Assembly: GCA_951406725.2 (NCBI GenBank)
Contig: OX597814.1
Coordinates: 139,004,001-139,068,000 of the forward strand
DNA length: 64,000 nucleotides
Source of the DNA: Octopus vulgaris
Taxonomy: Eukaryota
Direction of reading: 5' to 3'
Under the pieces are notes generated by a model that was given only the letters and a program-made list of their open reading frames with translations, was not told where the DNA came from and searched no databases. This document shows, in pieces, positions 1 through 12,789 of this stretch. Each line of letters begins with the position of its first letter. Position 1 is the stretch's first letter. The position numbers and the translations under genes are program-made.

Positions 1-190
1 GCTGGGCGTATTGCTGAGCAGTATTTCGCCTGCCGCTACGTTCTGAGTTCAATTCTGCCGAGATCGACTTTGCTTTTTATCCTTTCTGGATCGATATATT
101 AAGGACCAGTGAAACACTGAGATCGATGTAATCGGCTAGTCCCCCTCCCAAAAAATTTCAAGACCTTGTGCCTTCAGTAGAAGGGATTAT
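1..190 (+). mobile_element. SINE family A monomer, 5' end cut by window edge
   Basis: B-box-like GAGTTCAATTC, core ACTTTGCTTTTTATCCTTTCTGGATCGAT, tail CCCCCTCCCAAAAAATTTCAAGACCTTGTGCC shared with many copies in the window. Confidence 0.85.
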
Positions 191-1560
191 TGTTTTTCTT
201 TTCATATTGTATTACCGTTTGAAAATGTCATTTTACTTTAGTATATCCTCGAAGAATCTAAATTTTATGTTTGATTAAATTTGAAATTTAAAAGTAGTTT
301 AAATTTTTACTTTTCAGGGGAAAGATGTATTCTTTGATGAGAAACATATGAACTGACACACGTACACAAAACTGTGTGCCAATATGTATATGCATTTGTA
401 TCTCATAGCATACGTATCATTTAGCATTTGTTTGCTGCAGTGCGATGTACAAAGCATGAAATTGCAGTGATGTGTTATTTGTCAAGTTTTATTGTTGAAA
501 AACTCTTATATCCAAGTGTACTTAATGCGACAGGTTGAACATTTCATTGCATTCACAGCAAATGTTAATGCCGCCAGCGTTACAGAATTCTCACTCACCA
601 CCATATTACCATTAAACCATTTTATCTCCCTATTAATGTCATGTATTTTCGAACACGTACAATAGAATACCTAATGCTGAACTGTTAGTTGGCCGATGGA
701 TACAAGCTAAAGAAATGTAATTATCATATTATATTAGTGGAATATTGCTGAAGGGCAATTTGGGAGGTATTGTTTGATAACTCAGCATCATAATGCATCA
801 ACAATCGTCTAAATATATCTTAAGAATATTAGAAATAAAATAAACACACTATATTCTACATTGTGTGACTAAATATTAATGTGACTATAGACTTATTTGT
901 CTAGACTTACTCTTTAACGAGAAACCAGAATTATAGTTAAAAGCAAGTAATATATTCCATTACAATAATGGAATATATTATCAGATTGAACATATAAATG
1001 TTATGAAAATGAATACTTACAAATATTCTTTTTTTGCACAGAATATTTTATTTGGTATTTTTTTTTAAATTAATAAATTTTGTATAATGTCATAAATATT
1101 TACGACTCTATTAAACACCCCATAAGTATAAATATATGTTGACAAAATATAAGTTAGAGTAATTTCCAGAATAACTATAAGTTGGTTAATTTCTTGGCCA
1201 TATAGAGAAGAAACAACAGGATTATATTATGTTATTAGAAGAAGGTTATTAGCAGAGAAATTTGTGAGGAGTGTTTTCAGCTGACAATTGAAACGAAATT
1301 ACCTCTGGTTACCTTTAGGTAGGCACTTATGTCATGAACATCTGGGATGTCTGCAGCCATATATGCTAATGGTACTTTTATGAATTTGCAATAACCCTTT
1401 TAGGTGGATCTGCAAACTGATTTCTCTGAATAGCAAGTTCGTCTCATTTAAGTTCCTAATATTTTTGAGAAATACTTGAGTATTGTAACCTAACATTTCT
1501 TCCTTTTCTGAATTCAAAACCTCGGGCAAACATGAAGCCTTTAGGAGAAATGGCGATCCA

Positions 1561-1599
<39 letters not shown>

Positions 1600-1929
1600 A
1601 CAAGAACGATTTCAGTATGGGTTCACAACACACTTCCGAATGCTAATTGTTGGCATTTCAATTACTTGTTCCTCTTTAAGCTAAAGGCACAAACTTGCAT
1701 AATGGCTATTGATTTATCCCGCTTGCGTCAATTTACACGGTCATGTTGAAAAGTGTATAAATCTTGTACTGTAATCTGTTAGGTTGGAAGGATATTTTGA
1801 CATGATCGCTTTGAGTGTCTTTTGCAAAGTTTATGGCAAAATAGGCATTTATTTTTACATCATAATATTTATTCTTTCTTTGCAAATTACTTTATACCAT
1901 AGCGATTAAATTCATATCGATCTTTTAAC

Positions 1930-2460
1930 ATGGATTTAGCTCAGGTCCGCATCAGACACTGCATGCTGTGAGAATTCATAAGTGGCTCTTCAGAATTGGA
2001 AGCAGCAAAAAATATTCATTATGTGGAAATAAAACTTTACATATCTGGATACACAAACGATGGTTTTGCTCGGTAAATTTTTCTCTCGTAGATTTTCCTC
2101 AATCCGGAGGATCAGGCTCTGTTACTATTGAGCTTCTGAAAGCTGTAGTTGAGGAAAATGCTATTCAAGCTTCAAAAGAATTAGCAATTCAAGTCACAAG
2201 TCGATTCTAAAATACCTTCATGAACTAGGAAATGTATCGAAAATTGATCACTCAGTCCCTCATCAGGTGACTACATCTCTGTTTAATCATAGGGATCTCT
2301 TCTGCCCCTCATTGGAGGCAGACGTGCTACTGAAATGTTCCTGAATAGAATGATCACAAGTGATGAAAAGTGTGTTCCCTATACAGCCGAACACGTTGCG
2401 TTCTGTGTTTTGCGGCATACAAACGAATATTAATCCATTGATAGATATTGCTGACTACAA
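1930..2460 (+). mobile_element. Decayed mariner transposase (HTH to first catalytic D)
   Basis: Frameshifted translation MDLAQVRIRHCML*EF...RWF..NFSLVD...LHELGNVSKIDHSVPHQ (WVPHEL-like) and FLNRMITSDEKCVPY (TGDEKW-like). Confidence 0.8.
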
Positions 2461-3699
2461 AGAAAGAGAACAACAGAAAATAGACTTTCGTTTAATTATG
2501 TAGATGTCCGAATATGTAAAATGAATAAATGAAAGGTCTTTATCTTTTCCATCGATATATTTGAATATCAATTGCTGAGAACTAAACCAAATCAGACATT
2601 TCTTTTTAGTCAGGAGAGAAGGGAGTACTCATTTCCTCCTTCAAAGTCTCCGAGATTTGTGAGAGAGAAGGAGGAAGGTATCTTCAATCAGAAAATTAAG
2701 CTTCAATGCTTGCAACTGAGTGAACCACGCTTATGGCACCCAAGGTAACAGGTGGTAAACTAGGCGACGAATTTAGATTACCTAACCACTGGCTATGGCA
2801 AGATTTGAAATTAGAGTGCAAAAGACTGAGGCAAAAACTCTGGGCATTCGATCAGACAGTCTACCAGGTCCGTTAATGCGCCCCATGAATTGGTATGTTT
2901 TATCGACCCGAAGAAAAGAATATTGGTAAAGTTGAACTCTATAGAATTTGAACTGCGAACACCGGAACAAATACTAAGAGTTTTTTTTTTGTGTGGTAAA
3001 CTTACAACTATCCTACTTCAGTGTTCTTAGATATGATTTAAATGTTTCGTTCTTTAGCATTACACATATACATCAAGTAGACAGTTATAAAAATGTAAAG
3101 GCAAAGAAACGAGAAAGAGAAAGAAAGATAGAGAGGGGGAGTGTGAGATAGATACAAATGTTAAAGAAAAGATAGAGAGATATAGATTATAGAAGAGACA
3201 GAACGTGGAGGAATTTGAAGAGAGGGATAGAGAAGGCTAAAAGGGAAGCATAGACATCGTTCTGAATATAAACGTCTTTTTGATTTATTTGATAAATTGC
3301 TGATAAGTAAATATTAAGAAAAGCAATTATCCGCCAAACATATGATGCTCATTTGATAAACATAAATTCTCGGCAATGCGCTGTAATCATATGGAATCTA
3401 GTAGAGATATTCGAATATAGAATTTATTTTGCTTAAACTTATTGAATGCTATAGTCAGTGATTTAATATTTAAACATTTAATTCTTTCCATATCTAAATG
3501 TCGTGAAAGTGGGCTGCTAAGACAGTTGGTGGGGAAAAAAATTAAAATTGCTGAGAAGAGAATTAGAAATTATTAAAACAATAAAGGTTAGCTTATGCTT
3601 GTCACTAGTCCTAGGATTCATAAAGCTGAAGCTTAACCTCTGTTCTATGACTCATAAGTAGCTGAAATTACAAATTTAAACGGAACGCCGATCAGTCCC

Positions 3700-3860
3700 A
3701 CGGTTAACTTTCCAGCAATTACTGGCATTCGTTTACGGCTGTGAGGACCAGATCAACGTTAAATGAGTTTTTTTCGCTCAAAAACACAATACACCACTCA
3801 GTCCTGGAATTGAAACCACGAACGGAAGTGCAGCATCCTAACCACTATGACATGGGCCTT
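3700..3860 (-). mobile_element. SINE family C fragment
   Basis: Reverse complement resembles family C head (TAGTGGTTAGG...GTTTCAATTCC...TGTGTTTTTGAGCGA) seen at 24441-25085. Confidence 0.55.
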
Positions 3861-3886
3861 CACAAACCAATAAAGAGGGAGGATTA

Positions 3887-4120
3887 GGGTGGCGAGTTGG
3901 CAGAATCGTTAGCATGCCGGGCGAAATGCGTAGCCGTATTTCGTCTGTCGTTACGTTCCGAGTTCAAATTCCGCCGAGGTCGCGTTTGCCTTTCATCCTT
4001 TCGGGGTCGATAAATTAAGTACCAGTTACGCACTGGGGTCGATGTAAACGACTTAATCCATTTGTCTGTCCTTGTTTGTCCCCTCTGTGTTTAGCCCCTT
4101 GTGGGTAGTAAAAAAAAAAG
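3887..4120 (+). mobile_element. SINE family A single unit ending in A-rich tail, perfect 18-bp TSD
   Basis: A-box TGGCAGAATCG, B-box GAGTTCAAATTCC; TSD AATAAAGAGGGAGGATTA at 3869-3886 and 4121-4138. Confidence 0.95.
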
Positions 4121-5240
4121 AATAAAGAGGGAGGATTAAAACATGAGAGCAGGAATGTTTTTAGCTGCAGGTACACGAAAGCGTAAGACGATTCAACGTT
4201 CTATTTTCCATGAGTTTTTGTTTTGTTTTTGAAAACTTTATCAGCGGTCAGTTTTAAAATCGAATGCAAGCAAAATATCGGCGATGGGCGAAAGGTTTCC
4301 CGTTGCTTTCTTAATACAACTAGTTTCCTGCCTTCACATATTTAACTTCAAATCCAGCAGGAACGTAATTGACGGTTTTAATACAATCAATATATAATTG
4401 ATCTTCCACCCATTTGAAATCAATAAAAGAACTAACAAAAATATATTATGATCGATTTATTACTTGTAATTCAGCAACTGAATTGGTTCCAAAATAAGGA
4501 AACCGATTTGACTATTGTATTTCTAACAGGAAAAATACAACAAAACGATAACTATAATGATTATTTCTCTTTCAACACATCATTTATGCACTATATTTTG
4601 TTTGAATTATTAATATATTCCAGTGTTCTCTGAAAGAGGGCCGTAACACTGCTTTGAGGGTATTATTGAAAATTTAGTGAACTGCAGGGGTGGACTTCAG
4701 AGGGGCGTTACATGAAAGTTCATTATTAGTGAATATGTTATTGGAAGATGTTGATGGCTTTATAAAATCAAAAGATGGTGGGGTGATTTTAAGCAAAAAC
4801 TGCTTGATAACAGCTAGTCTGTACTTTCTAAACTTCTTGCTAGATTTTCTAAACAGTAGGCTAGACTTTAACCAATGTTAAGCTGTTCGATTAATTTTCA
4901 GTTTCCATTCAGAATATCGTTTATACATTATATACAATATACCCCGAAATAAAAACAAGAATTCTCTTCGACCTCCCATCAATACAATATTACTTAGTAA
5001 ACTTTCCAGAAGAACATTCTCAATAGCTTAAGTTTAATATATTCCAGCCTTACAAATTACATCAGGGATTTTCATTTTATCAAAAATTTCCATCTGCTTA
5101 AAAGTTCTTAAAGTCAGGTGTCGTCAGCGTTTGGCATGAAAGTCATTCATATAAGTGCGAATTCCATTTGAAGGTGATGCTGTCTGATAAATAGTTTGTA
5201 GGGGTGGGTGAAGGGAACAAGCTTAAATTGGTCAGAATAT

Positions 5241-5615
5241 AATGGTTTCAAAATTTGGCACAAGGACGGCAAGTTTGGTTCAATTAAATCGAACCCAGTG
5301 TTCAGCTGAGACTTATTTTATCGATCTCAAAAGGAAGAAAGGCAAAATCAACCTCAGCAGAATTTGAACTCAGAACACAAAGACAGACGAAATGCCGCTA
5401 AGCATTTTTCCCGGCATACTAATGATTCTACCAGCTCACCGCCTTAATTAGTTGTCATAATAACAACGGTTTCAAATTCTGGGACAACACCAGCAATTTT
5501 AGGGGAATGGGTTGGTCGATCACTTCGACCCCAGTACTTGAACGGTAATTTATTTTATCGACCCAGAAAAGAAGAAAGACAAATTTGACCCCTGACGAAA
5601 ACTGAATTCTGGATG
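5241..5615 (-). mobile_element. Two diverged SINE family A copies (5241-5445 and partial 5465-5615)
   Basis: Reverse-complement matches to head (GAATTTGAACTCAGAAC, GATTCTACCAGCTCACCGCC) and core (TTTATCGACCC..AAAAGAAGAAAG). Confidence 0.8.
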
Positions 5616-5618
5616 GAA

Positions 5619-6549
5619 TTATGAAGTGATGCATTGTCCTGGTACGCGTGCCAGCGACCCCAATGGTAGGACTGTGGTCTTTTGCGACGAGATCTCTGTC
5701 TGATCTCCCTTAAAACCTCTACAAAAGTACTCGTTAACCCAGTGGATGCAGATGAAGCCCTTGTTGTCGAAAAAGGGAATCATCATGAACTCCCTGGTGG
5801 AGTTGCTTTGCCTGACCTTCTTTCGTTTGATATCGCCTGTTTGTTTCCATTGGGCACTCAGTTTGCTTCCATTGGGCACAACAGTCAATCCAGCCTTCGT
5901 CATTGCTCACCAGAGACTCAAGTAGTCTGGAATTGCAGGTAATGAGCTCAGCCATTTCGCGGCTGTCACCAGTGCATCTTCCCTTCTGCACGTTATTAAG
6001 CAACCTGAGAACAAACATTGCACAAATCTGGCACATATTCAAATCTTCATGAATAATTCTGAGTATAGTTTCCACATCAACTCCAAACTGTATGCATATT
6101 ATCTTTATTGAGATACGACAGTCTTCATTAAAGACATTGCGAATTTTCTCAACCATTTTCTGACGTTCTGACGTTCTGACATTTCCCACTTTCCCACACC
6201 TCTCATCTTTGCTCATTTCCTCTCTACCCTCCTTGAACCGCTTGTACCAACGAAAAGCAGATGCTCGGCTCACACAAGTTAATCCATAACCAGTCTGGAG
6301 CATTTCATAAGTTTCTGCGGTTTTTGCCCAGTTTACAACAAAACTTCATTGCATCTTGGCTGCATTCTGCATACTAATCAGCTGTGAGAAGCAGTGTTTA
6401 GAAGGGTGTGCTTAAAGTTTTGTTACAGCATAAAAAGTATGTTGGTAAGTCAGCTTATAGTTGTATTATATCAAAAGTACAATAATATAGGACACTTATT
6501 ACTGTGCTTGCTAAAAAATAGTCTCAAAACTACTGGGACGCATCTTGTA
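5619..6549 (-). mobile_element. 3'-truncated mariner element with 5' TIR and decayed transposase
   Basis: ORF 5734-6303 (FRWYKRFKEGRE..DERCG, IIHEDLNM..ICAMFV.RLL, SNDEGWI) and MMIPFFDNKG in the next frame; terminus TACAAGATGCGTCCCAGTAGTTTTGAGACT on minus strand at 6520-6549 with terminal TA. Confidence 0.9.
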
Positions 6550-6686
6550 GATAGTTTAACATTGTTAACGATATCGTAATTTTCATTTCATTTTACCCCT
6601 AAGATAAAATCTGTTCTGAAAATAGGATCTGAAAATTTTTTATCTCCTGACTCACCAAACAGTCAAGACGTATGACTGTTCGTATT

Positions 6687-6919
6687 TTAACCCATTAAAT
6701 CCCACTGTCCTATAAATAGGACACTAAATGAAAGCATCAAATAAGCTATATCAAATTGTCTCAGTGTCCTATTTATAGGACACCAAGTGTTTCCATTTTT
6801 ACTTGAAATAAAAGAGTTTTAATAATTACTTTTTATTCATTTTAACCTATTTTCAATCATCTGTAAAACTTTAAAAGTAATAGTCAAAAATTTAAGTACT
6901 CTGGGACTTAATGAATTAA
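6687..6919. mobile_element. piggyBac-type MITE flanked by TTAA
   Basis: TTAA-CCCATTAAATCCCA at left, TGGGACTTAATGAA-TTAA at right (15/18 reverse-complement match including TTAA); internal perfect 20-bp inverted repeat 6706-6725 / 6763-6782. Confidence 0.65.
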
Positions 6920-7055
6920 TTACTTTAAACACAGCTATAAGTTGGTTACTTTTACAGGACATCCAAAAGAAATCAAAACAAGCACAAAATTTATCACTTA
7001 TACATGCACCATAATATAGCACACAAAAGAGGACATTAAAATACGCCCATACATG

Positions 7056-7270
7056 AGGCAGCTAGCTGAGAAAATCGTTAGCACTACGGACAAAATGCTT
7101 AGAGGTATTTCGTCCGTCTTTACGTTCCGAGTTTAAATTCCGCAGAGGTTTGACTTTGCCTTTCATCCTTTCGAGTTCAATAAAATAAATATCAGTTGAG
7201 TATTGGTGTCGATATATTGACTTACCCTACACTGAAATTGCCGGCTTGGTACCAAAACTTGAAGCCAATA
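7056..7270 (+). mobile_element. SINE family A monomer (older variant tail)
   Basis: Head and ACTTTGCCTTTCATCCTTTCG core; tail GAAATTGCCGGCTTGGTACCAAAACTTGAA. Confidence 0.85.
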
Positions 7271-8889
7271 TCCCATACGAAATAATTGAAACTTATATAT
7301 GAAAAACAGTTATAGATATCGTAGTACCTTTGCTGCGATCGTTAGCTACACAGAACCGCTTGATTTAAATAGATTCCCTTTGAATAATACAAGAGAAAGA
7401 TATACTGGAAGGAATAGTGCTGCCTTTCGTAATGAAATACACTGGGTAACAGAAAAGGAAGAGAAAAATATACCAATGGGTTGCCAAAAAAAATGGAGCT
7501 TCGTATGCTGACAAAAGAGGCCCTGGATAATTTTTGATGTGATGCTATTTTCATCCAGCAAGGCTGGACACATGGAAGTGAGCACTTTGTCTATTCATCA
7601 AGGATCCATACAAAATTATGGACTGAGCTATTAGTAATTATTTCTGAAGTTGATGAGGATATATGACATTGAGTAACAATCTAATGGCTCCTCCCTACCA
7701 ATGTCTCAATGTGAAGTTTAGGCAAATATCCTCCTTGTCGCAGATGATAAATAGCTTTACACATAAAATCATTACACTTGCGAAATGTCTTTATTTTCCT
7801 CAGTTTTACAGTAAGAGAAATATTCTATAATAGTTAAATTATTAATCATGGAGATTACTGATGAGAAAACATTAGCTAAAAGCACACAGTTAAGATTAAT
7901 TGGAATTTCAGTTCAGAGTTGTGATTTGACTGTAAATTCTTCTAGCGCTTCAGGCTATAAATATTACATTAATATTGCGTTAATATTCTAAAACCAAACA
8001 CCAGAGATGGCTGAGGATTAAATACGCCAGAGTAAATACGTGGTTAAATACGTTACGTTCCATTTTTCTGTTCAAATTCTGCTGAAACTAACTTCGTCTT
8101 TTATCACCTGATATTTTATTGATATGGAAGAGCAACCAAAAATATATGCAAGTTGTTACTCTTTCTGTTTGTTTGGTGCAACAAGACCAACCATGATTGA
8201 TTGGATCAATGTGGAATGGCATAACTACCCAGTCATTTTTATATGCCGGATTACATTTTTCAGCATAACCTTCTTTATTTCAGAAAGCAATGCGTAATTC
8301 TAGATAGAGTTGGCTGCTAATTTTAGCAGTTCAAGCATACACTCAGAAGCTTCTTTGATAGATAAGTGCTTTATGAGAATTTAAGTTTGGACAATGGCAC
8401 CTAACTCACATTGATATGTAGTGTAAAGTTCCCACTTCTGACTGCTCAAAACATCAACTTGTCGAAGCCCTTGGAAGAGATGAGTGCAAAGAGCAGAATT
8501 CGTTGTATTATCAATTGAAAACATATCCCGCCATTCCTTTAGGAAATGAATTAGACATTACAATATGATCATTCTATCAAACTGAAATTCCGCCAAAATC
8601 TGCTGTCCCTTGTCTCCCAACCCAGCGATCGACACACTAGCTATAATCTGTATCTATTAAACTAACTGTACTCGGATGTATAATATAGAAATGTTGAAAC
8701 GTATCCATTAAACCAGGCTTTATGATGCTGAAGTGACCTCACCAATAACGCACAAACCAAGCGAGAGGGAAAAACTACAATGATATCGTTGAAGGCAAGT
8801 TCAAGAAATTTTATTTTAACTCGTCTCTGAGATATATTTCCACATGTGCGCCGGCCAACCACATTTAGAACATAATAATAATAACACTA

Positions 8890-9693
8890 AGAAACGTTAG
8901 CAAGCCGGGCGAAATTCTTAGCTTTTCATCTGTTCTTACGTTCTGAGTTCAAATTCCGCCGAGGTCGACTTTGCCTTTCATCCTTTCGGGGTCAGTAAAT
9001 TAAGTACCAGTTACGCACTGGGGTCGATGTAATTGACTTAATCCCTTTGTCTGTCCTTGTTTGTCCCCTCTATGTTTAGCTCCTTGTGGGCAATAAAGAA
9101 ATAAGAAACGTTAGCACGCCGGGCGAAATACTTAGCGGTATTTCGTCTTCCGCTACGTTCTGAGTTCAAATTTCACCAAGGTCGACTTTGCCTGTCATCC
9201 TTTCGGGGTCGATTAAATTAAGTACCAGTTACGCACTGAGGCCGACGTAATTGACTTAATCCCTTTGTCTGTCCTTGTTTGTCCCCTCTATGTTTAGCCC
9301 TTGTGGGCATAAAGAAATAAACGTTAGCACGCCGGGCGAAATACTTAACGGTATTTCGTCTTCCGCTCGTTCTGAGTTCAAATTCCACCGAGGTCGACTT
9401 TGCCTGTCATCCTTTCGGGGTCGATTAAATAAGTACCAGTTACGCACTGAGGTCGATATAATCGTTAATCCGTTTGTCTGTACTTGTTTGTCCCTTCTCT
9501 GTTTAGCTCCTTGTGGGTAGTAAACAAATAGGTATTTCGTCTTTCTTTGCGTTCTGAGTTCATATTCCATGAGGCCGACTTTGCCTTTCATACTTTCGGG
9601 GCGATAAATTAAATACCAGTTGCGTACTAGGGTCTATGTAATCGACTGGCCCCCTACCACAAAATTTTGAGCCTTGTTCCTAGAGTAGAAACG
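8890..9693 (+). mobile_element. SINE family A head-to-tail tetramer
   Basis: Four consecutive core units, only the last with the terminal tail; single flanking TSD AATAATAA(T/C)AACACTA at 8874-8889 and 9694-9709. Confidence 0.9.
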
Positions 9694-9921
9694 AATAATA
9701 ACAACACTATGAAAAACAAATGGTAAATTCTTTAGTAAATTGGGCTATATCAGAAAGGAGAAGAGAGAAATGGCAGCTGTGAACAGAAGGATAAAGTGTA
9801 TCTTGAAGAAATATAAATTGCCAACTACTTAAACATCAGAGCAGATATCTTCACAAGATGCGCTGCGCCAATTTTGATGAACACTTTATCATACAGTGGA
9901 AAATATCGTGCCCAAATCATT

Positions 9922-10003
<82 letters not shown>
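9922..10003. repeat. (GATA)n microsatellite
   Basis: Perfect tetranucleotide run. Confidence 0.98.
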
Positions 10004-10091
10004 TTAACAAATCATAACAATTTCCTAAACCTTCACAATTTTCAGGTATCAATACATACATTTTCTACATACTTATATACATACCTAAAAG

Positions 10092-10094
<3 letters not shown>

Positions 10095-10141
<47 letters not shown>

Positions 10142-10150
10142 TACATATTA

Positions 10151-10191
<41 letters not shown>

Positions 10192-10228
10192 ATAAATACA
10201 TATATGTATATATTCATATCTCTATATA

Positions 10229-10268
<40 letters not shown>
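10095..10268. repeat. (TA)n compound microsatellite
   Basis: Direct inspection. Confidence 0.95.
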
Positions 10269-10271
<3 letters not shown>

Positions 10272-10703
10272 GCCAAAGTGTCAAACAACCCTCAGGTAAA
10301 CATCCATTAATGCTACATCGCCTGAAGAGATGTATCAATGAAGACGATCTACCCGATGTCCATGGATACTTATAAATTCCATTCAAGGATTATTGTTACT
10401 GTTACGTGTGTGCATGTATATATGTGTGTGTGTGTGTGTGTATTTGTTTGTGTGTATATACACCCACACATAGACACACACAGGCACACCCACATGCATA
10501 TGTCTATCTATTTCTCCAAGACTTCCCTTGTTTGCTCTTATTCTCATGTGTTCCACTCAGACTCGTTTCCTTCACCATTTTATATTCTATTTGAATTCAC
10601 TCTATAAATTTATATACTCTTCAACTCATTGTCTTATTCTCCACGTCTATTTCTTTTTCTCTCCTCTTGTCCCTTATTCTCTCTATTCTACCTCCCTTCA
10701 TCC

Positions 10704-10705
10704 TC

Positions 10706-10773
<68 letters not shown>

Positions 10774-10777
10774 TCTC
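10704..10777. repeat. (CT)n microsatellite
   Basis: Direct inspection. Confidence 0.95.
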
Positions 10778-12392
10778 GCTCTATCTCCTTTTCACCCTCC
10801 TAACATTTCTCTTTTATTAAACATACATCTCTATTTTAATTGGTTTCTGCATTCTTTATTATTTTTTGTTCATTTATGCACCCGTCTTTTCCATCTCTTC
10901 CACACTTCTTTATTACTTTACGTTTTCCGTGGGGTCTTTTTACATTCCTTCTCTCATTTTTAATTGGACACTCATGCACATGCTCTATTTCTCATCTCTA
11001 ACTGTCTTTCTCTCATCTCTACCCTAACAGTCTCTCTCTTATCTCTCCCTCTTTCTCGCTCTCTCTCTCACTTCCATTCGCACTTCTTTCCTGCATCTCG
11101 TTGTCTTTGCACAAATAATTAAATGCTTTTAACGTCGATGTGTATACGAAGCAATCAGGTGAGTATTTCGATTGATTATTTTAATTAAAATTTTGAAACT
11201 GTAATGCTCTATCTTTCTGTAAACATCAATATTTGAAAAAAATCTTTATATAAAAAATTGTTTATTTTGATAGACATTTTATTGAGTATTTGAAAATATC
11301 TCTAGCCTTCAGCAACTAAATGACAAAATTAACTCCTAAGGTGTCATATTTTATCAAACTAATTAAGATGTAACTTGTATTAATTAATCGTTACAACTTT
11401 GTAAAGTAAAATAACTTCGAAATTGAATTCAGAATATTTTTCAGTCGGATTCTTATAAAGATTTCTTATATAGCCACACTGTCATATTGAATGAGAAATA
11501 CACCAATGAGATTTTTTAATTTCATGCCTTTTCCTAGCAATAGCGACAGGGCCCAGCGAGGGGAGCTATATGTAACCACTCATACCCACAAGAAATAGCG
11601 GCTAAACATTTCTCATCACTCACATCTTGTCTTAAGGACAGATTCATCGGATAGTATCGTCTTTGACAGGTATCACAAAATAGATGCAGAGATTATATCT
11701 GCAATGTTCTTTTAGAACTAACTTGGATCTAAAAGCATTAACGAAACTGACATGCAAGTAGATTTCAAAAGACGAGTAGTTTTCAAGTGATACCTATACA
11801 AGACAACATATTTCGAAGTGAATATATTTATTTTCAGCTTATGTGTTTGTTGTTTATGCCTTTCATATTGGGAATCGGAAAACCTCAAGAATAAAGCATT
11901 AACTTGATTATAGGTATCGTGGATAGCGCTCAACTATACTTAGGGTCAAAATAATTTATTCTGAGTTTCTTGGTAGCGATATAAGGTACTACAATAATCT
12001 GAAAAGGCCCAGTCATTGACTTGACCCTCCATGCTATTCGTGTCTGAAGATTAAGATGCATTCCAGAAGTTTTGAGAATTCTTCTGGGAAGACATTTAAT
12101 AATTTCAAAGAAATATAAAACTAACTCCTTTGAAGTAAGATCCTCTGGCTTCAGTGCATTTACTGAAGCGCTCCGGTCATTTTCTTGAAGCTCCCATGGA
12201 AGACTCTCATAGTGAAAGTGACTAGGTTCCTTCTGCCGACTTTCTTTGACTCATTCAGCTTGAGAACAATAACAAGTCACAGGGAACAAGGCCTGAACTG
12301 TAGGGGAGATTCTCCCGGACGGGCCGTTTCATTGCTGGCCGCTGTTCATTTATCGATGACGTACCGGGCTTCCTTCTGCAATCAATAGTATT

Positions 12393-12789
12393 CTTTTCTA
12401 CTCTGGACACAAGGCCCGAAATTTTTGGAGACGGGGCCAGTCGATTAGATCGACTCAATACACAACTAGTACTTAATTTATTGATCCCGAAAGGATGAAA
12501 GGTAAAGTCGACCTCATGGAATTTGGATTGAGAACGTAAATACAGACGAAATACCTATTTGTTTACTACCCACAAGGAGCTAAACACAGACAGGGCAAAC
12601 AAGGACAGACAAACGGATTAAGTAGATTAGATCGACCCCAGTGCGTAAATGGTACTTAATTTATCGACCCCGAAAGGATGAAAGGCAAAGTTGACCTCGG
12701 CGGAATTTGAACTCACAACGTAACGGCAGACGAAACACGGCTACGCATTTCGCCCGGCGTGCTAACGTTTCTGCCAGCTCGCCGCCTTC
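12393..12789 (-). mobile_element. SINE family A full dimer
   Basis: Two core units plus tail; TSD GCAATCA(A/G)TAGTATT at 12378-12392 and 12790-12804. Confidence 0.95.

Noticed and set aside
3887-3980. tRNA gene
   Set aside because: A- and B-boxes belong to a tRNA-derived SINE head that continues into SINE body; no complete cloverleaf seen.
7299-7900. Overlapping short ORFs, possibly piggyBac transposase remnants
   Set aside because: No diagnostic motif could be recognised.
8890-9693. Regularly spaced repeats suggestive of a CRISPR array
   Set aside because: Units are ~200-bp SINE copies without unique spacers; eukaryotic context and no cas genes.
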